DNA of 30,610 nt from contig JAJYXS010000099.1 in assembly GCA_021801615.1 (NCBI GenBank), forward strand, positions 1-30,610, read 5' to 3'. This stretch comes from Actinomycetes bacterium (GTDB taxonomy: Bacteria > Actinomycetota > Acidimicrobiia > Acidimicrobiales > RAAP-2). This document shows positions 27,321 through 30,610 of this stretch, one piece after another. Position numbers and translations under genes: made by a program. Every line of letters begins with the position of its first letter. Position 1 is the stretch's first letter. Under the pieces are notes generated by a model that made no database searches, had not been told where the DNA came from, and saw only the letters and a program-made list of their open reading frames with translations.

Positions 27321-27449
27321 CAGGTCGGCGTCCCCTGCAGGTCGGCGTCCCCTCCAGGGTGGCGTCCTCTGCAGGTCGGCGTCCCCTTGAGGTCGGCGCC
27401 CCCTTGAGGTCGGCGCCCTCTGCAGGTCAGCGTCCTTGCCAGGTCGGCT
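27321..27449 (+). repeat. 17-bp tandem array (7 units plus a partial)
   Basis: Consensus CAGGTCGGCGTCCCCTG; units start at 27321, 27338, 27355, 27372, 27389, 27406, 27423 and 27440. The last units overlap the crotonase 3' end. Confidence 0.95.
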
Positions 27450-28200
27450 CGCGCTTCTGCGCGAAGGCGAGAGAGCCCTCCATGGCGTCCGCCGAGCCGA
27501 AGACCAGGCCCACCGCTTCGTCGGTCAGCCGCCAGCCGGTCTCCTCGTCCGCGCCGAGCGCGCGGAGCATGACCGACTTCGAGTGGCGGACCGCCAACGG
27601 CGCGTTCTTGGAGATCTGCGTGGCGAGCGCGAGCGCCTCTCCCATCAGCTGGTGCCGGGGGACGACGCGGTTCACGAGGCCGAGCGCGTACGCCCGCTCC
27701 GCGTCGATTGGCTCCCCGCAGAGCGCGAGCTCGAGCGCGATCGCCAGGGGGAGACGCCTGGGGAGCCGGAAGAGCGCGCCGGCTCCCGCGATGAGGCCCC
27801 TCTTCACCTCGGGGATCCCGAAGGTCGCGTGGTCGGCCGCGACGACGAGGTCGCACGCGAGCACGACCTCGAGGCCACCGGCGAGCGCGGACCCGTTGAC
27901 CGCCGCGATCAGCGGCTTCGGGAAGCTTCGGCGCGCGACGCCGCCGAACCCGCCGCTCACGTCCATGACGGCGGCACCCTCGCCTGCCGCGAAGGCCTTC
28001 AGGTCCATGCCAGCGGAGAAGGCCCTGTCCCCGCTGCCGGTGAGGACCACGACCCAGGCGTCCGCATCCTCGGCGAGCTCGTCGAACGCGTCGGCGAGCC
28101 CCTTGCTCACCGCGCCGTTGATCGCGTTGCGCGCCTCGGGGCGGTTGATGGTGACGATCTCGACGTGCCCTCGCCGCTCCCGCAGGACCTCGTCTGGCAT
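27427..28200 (-). CDS. enoyl-CoA hydratase/crotonase family protein
   Basis: INRPEARNA, AFSAGMDL, IAAVNGSALAGGLE, FGIPEVKRGL (both catalytic Glu), AERAYALGLVNRVV; RBS GGAGG. Confidence 0.95.
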   Translation of the reverse strand: MPDEVLRERRGHVEIVTINRPEARNAINGAVSKGLADAFDELAEDADAWVVVLTGSGDRAFSAGMDLKAFAAGEGAAVMDVSGGFGGVARRSFPKPLIAAVNGSALAGGLEVVLACDLVVAADHATFGIPEVKRGLIAGAGALFRLPRRLPLAIALELALCGEPIDAERAYALGLVNRVVPRHQLMGEALALATQISKNAPLAVRHSKSVMLRALGADEETGWRLTDEAVGLVFGSADAMEGSLAFAQKREPTWQGR

Positions 28201-28236
28201 GGCTGCTCCCTCCGGTCGTGTCTCCTGCGGGCCGAG

Positions 28237-28246
28237 ACGCTACCTT
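28237..28246. promoter_or_regulatory. overlapping divergent -10 hexamers (candidate)
   Basis: TAGCGT on minus strand (28242-28237) and TACCTT on plus strand (28241-28246); both fit TANNNT. No convincing -35 for either. Confidence 0.4.
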
Positions 28247-28251
28247 CGCCT

Positions 28252-28377
28252 GGCACCACCAAGCGGACCGGCGGCCGGGGACGCCGCTCCCCCGGCACCA
28301 CCAAGCGGACGGGCGGCCGGGGGACGCCGCTCCCCCGGCACCACCAAGCGGACCGGCGGCCGGGGGACGCCGCTCCC
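28252..28377 (+). repeat. 42/43-bp tandem repeat x3 (VNTR-like, hairpin-forming)
   Basis: GGCACCACCAAGCGGACCGGCGGCCGGGG(G)ACGCCGCTCCCCC; units start at 28252, 28294 and 28337; no spacers. Confidence 0.95.
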
Positions 28378-28398
28378 TGTGCGTGCCATGCTTTCGCG

Positions 28399-29829
28399 GT
28401 GGGCCAGCCTCTCTTCGGCGTGAGCGCCGCCGGGTACCGGCTGGAGGGCGGGTTCAACGGGCGAGGCGAGCCCGCGAACCAGTGGGCGCCCTGGGAGCGG
28501 ACCGGCAAGGTGGCGCCCGGCACGCCGCAGCGCGCGAACCTGTGGTCGAACCCCGAGCGCGTCCTGGACCTGGCCGCCTCCGCCGGCGCGGAGATCGTCG
28601 CGCTCGGTGTCGAGTGGGCGAGGATCGAGCCGAGCCCGGGCGTCGTCGACGAGGCCGCCGTCGACCGGTACGCGTCGATCTTCGCCTCCGCCGCGGCACG
28701 GGCCATCACTCCGGTCGGCGTCCTCCACGACGTCGCGCATCCCGGATGGCTGGGAGAGGAGTTCTGGCTCACGCCGGGCTCGCCCGACCGGTTCGCCGAG
28801 CACGTCGCGCGGCTCGTCCTGCGTCTCGGCGCCTCCTGCCGGCACTGGGTGACGCTGCGCCAGCCGAACCTCGTCGCCCTCGCAGGATGGGTCGGCGGCC
28901 GTCATCCGCCCCGCCGTGTCGGTGCGCTGGCCGACGCGTGGGCGGTCGTCGACAACCTCCTCGCTGCGCACGTCCTCGCGTACGCAGCGGCCCGCGACGC
29001 CCAGCCCGACGCCGAGATCCTGCTCGGGCTGCGGGCGTCGTCCTCCTACGACTGGCAGCGGCTCATGGCCGACCTCCTGTGCGCGCCGGCGCTGGGTGTC
29101 GAGCGTGACCGCGTCGACGAGTGGATCGACTCGCGACGGGCCCGCCACGACCGAGCTGTCGCGCCGCGAGACCTCGCCGACCTCGCATGGCGGCGTCTCG
29201 CCGCCGCGACCGCGCCCTTCGGCGTCAATGGGGCGATCACCCGTGGTCGGCTGCGGCGTCCCTCACCGCGCCGAGCGGTGGACGTCGCCTACCGCTTCGA
29301 AGCCGACCGCGCTGCGGCCGCGACAGGCTCGAACGGCGCCGCGCCGTCGAGGCGCTCGGTCTACCCGCTCGATGCGCTGCTCGTGGTCTGGTGCCCGCCA
29401 CGTGCAGAGTCGGTGCTGTGGCCTGCGGGCGTCGCCGCCCCGTGGGCGTCGCTGCCCGAGCCCGGCTCGCTCGCGGCGTGGTGCCGCGAGCAGGCGCAGC
29501 TCGCGCCCGGGCTGCGCGTCTGGGTGGAGGACGGGTTCGCCACGCGTCGCGGCGTGGCGCGCCCCGACGGCTGGGACAGGCGGTCGTACCTCCGGGCCCA
29601 AGTCGCCGCGACGGAGGGCACCGATGTCGCGGCATACCTGTACTACACGCTCCAAGGCGGTGGGGACCCGACGTGGCCCGACGCCGACTTCGGGCTCGAG
29701 CCCGCCTCGGGCGCCGGCGTGCCACAGGGCGCGGACGCGTCCAGTGACGCGTCCAGCGACGCACAGACCTACCGCCGCCTGGTCGCCGGTCGGCGCGCGC
29801 GCAGGGACGCGGGCGCCGACCCCGCCTGA
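28399..29829 (+). CDS. glycoside hydrolase family 1-fold protein with atypical catalytic motifs
   Basis: LFGVSAAGYRLEGG (cf. WGxATAAYQxEG), GVEWARIEPSPG, WVTLRQPN (cf. TxNEP), VWVEDG (cf. ITENG), DFGL. Start GTG 28399 is inferred. Confidence 0.8.
   Translation: MGQPLFGVSAAGYRLEGGFNGRGEPANQWAPWERTGKVAPGTPQRANLWSNPERVLDLAASAGAEIVALGVEWARIEPSPGVVDEAAVDRYASIFASAAARAITPVGVLHDVAHPGWLGEEFWLTPGSPDRFAEHVARLVLRLGASCRHWVTLRQPNLVALAGWVGGRHPPRRVGALADAWAVVDNLLAAHVLAYAAARDAQPDAEILLGLRASSSYDWQRLMADLLCAPALGVERDRVDEWIDSRRARHDRAVAPRDLADLAWRRLAAATAPFGVNGAITRGRLRRPSPRRAVDVAYRFEADRAAAATGSNGAAPSRRSVYPLDALLVVWCPPRAESVLWPAGVAAPWASLPEPGSLAAWCREQAQLAPGLRVWVEDGFATRRGVARPDGWDRRSYLRAQVAATEGTDVAAYLYYTLQGGGDPTWPDADFGLEPASGAGVPQGADASSDASSDAQTYRRLVAGRRARRDAGADPA
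29734..29763 (+). repeat. 12-bp x2.5 in GH1-like tail (DASS)
   Basis: GACGCGTCCAGT GACGCGTCCAGC GACGCA. Confidence 0.8.
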
Positions 29830-29936
29830 GCGCGTCGCGGAGCGTGTGCGCCAGGTGGTGCTCCGGTCCGATGGGCGTGCTCTGGCTGCGCGGCTGGCCG
29901 CCAGGCGCGTCGGGGATTGCCCGGCGTGGTCGTCGG

Positions 29937-29942
29937 TATCCT
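29937..29942 (+). promoter_or_regulatory. -10 hexamer candidate for the GH31 gene
   Basis: TATCCT, 8 nt before ATG 29951; no SD visible, so possibly leaderless. Confidence 0.35.
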
Positions 29943-29950
29943 CGCCGGCG

Positions 29951-30610
29951 ATGCACCGTGTCCTCCGTCGAGTCGTGCACGCCGTCGGCATGGCTCGCCT
30001 GTTCTCCGATCTGGGTCCCGCGACGTCGGTCGCGGTCGTCGAGAGCACCTGGGACGCCGTCGCCGAGCGCCGGCTCGAGCGTTCGCAGGCCGGGCGCCCG
30101 GTACCGAGGGACCCCGGAGCGCTGCTCGAGGCCGAGCCCGTGCACGAGGTTCGCAGCGACCGGTCGGGCCGCCGCCGCCGCGTCCCGGTCGGCCTCCGCT
30201 GCCGCTTCGCCCGCGCGGACGTGGAGGTGCGGTTCCTCTCCGACGACCTCGTCCGGATCAGCTGGGGCCCGGACGAGCCGCCTGCTCCCTGGGCGCTGGA
30301 CGGAGCCTCCACCGACGGGCTCGGGCACCTGGGTCGGGTGACGGTCACGGCGGAGCCCGACGACGCCGCGGCGGCGAGCGCCGCGCTCGGCGTCCGGGTC
30401 CGCCCCGACGGCTCGATCCTGGTGTGCGGGCCCGACGGCGGCCTGCTCAGGCACGAGCTGGCGCCGCTGCGAGAAGGCGCAGGACGCGTGCACCGACACC
30501 TGCTGCGCGACGGCGAGCGGCTCGTGGGGCTCGGCGAGCAGGCCGGCGACCTGGAGCTGCGGGGCCGCCACCGGCTCTGGAACCGGGATCCCGGCGCCGC
30601 ATGGACGACC
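29951..30610 (+). CDS. glycoside hydrolase family 31 (alpha-glucosidase-like), N-terminal part, 3'-truncated
   Basis: Not in the ORF track because it has no stop. Hand translation from ATG 29951: ...VEVRFLSDDLVRISW...LVGLGEQAGDLELRGRHRLWNRDPGAAW, the GLGE...WNxD segment preceding the GH31 barrel. Confidence 0.78.
   Translation, partial: MHRVLRRVVHAVGMARLFSDLGPATSVAVVESTWDAVAERRLERSQAGRPVPRDPGALLEAEPVHEVRSDRSGRRRRVPVGLRCRFARADVEVRFLSDDLVRISWGPDEPPAPWALDGASTDGLGHLGRVTVTAEPDDAAAASAALGVRVRPDGSILVCGPDGGLLRHELAPLREGAGRVHRHLLRDGERLVGLGEQAGDLELRGRHRLWNRDPGAAWTT

Noticed and set aside
28252-28377. 42/43-bp repeats as a CRISPR array
   Set aside because: Units are contiguous with no unique spacers, and no cas genes are present.
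27436-28398. N-terminal ~320 aa of ORF 27436..29829 as part of the GH1-like protein
   Set aside because: It is antisense to the crotonase and runs through the repeat array; GH1 similarity starts near 28399.

Overview
High-GC (roughly 70-75% by eye) actinobacterial DNA, probably class Acidimicrobiia (inferred from protein style and gene order). The window is mostly a respiratory supercluster: the distal complex I operon (nuoG partial, nuoH-N), lnt, hemE-hemH-hemY, a HelD/HelR-family helicase-like gene, ctaE-qcrC-qcrA-qcrB, and convergent ctaC-ctaD-ctaF preceded by tatA. It ends with a crotonase, a catalytically atypical GH1-fold gene and the 5' part of a GH31 gene missing from the ORF track. 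I found no rRNA, tRNA, CRISPR array, transposase or integrase. Best leads: (1) a regulatory cassette between the two oxidase operons, made of a GAF-ANTAR gene, a sigma70-type promoter, a candidate dual-hexaloop ANTAR-target RNA over an SD, a 37-codon uORF, a second SD locked in a 9-bp hairpin, and an 81-aa His-less HisKA_3-like mini-protein; (2) paired loss of Mg/Mn-site ligands in CtaD (D->T) and CtaC (E->N); (3) Cys-pair insertions in outward-facing parts of NuoL, CtaD and QcrC; (4) a full-length GH1-fold protein with Gln at the acid/base position; (5) Lnt with Ser in place of the catalytic Cys; (6) tandem arrays flanking the crotonase that share an inverted 10-mer. All family assignments come from motif recognition; no database searches were run.
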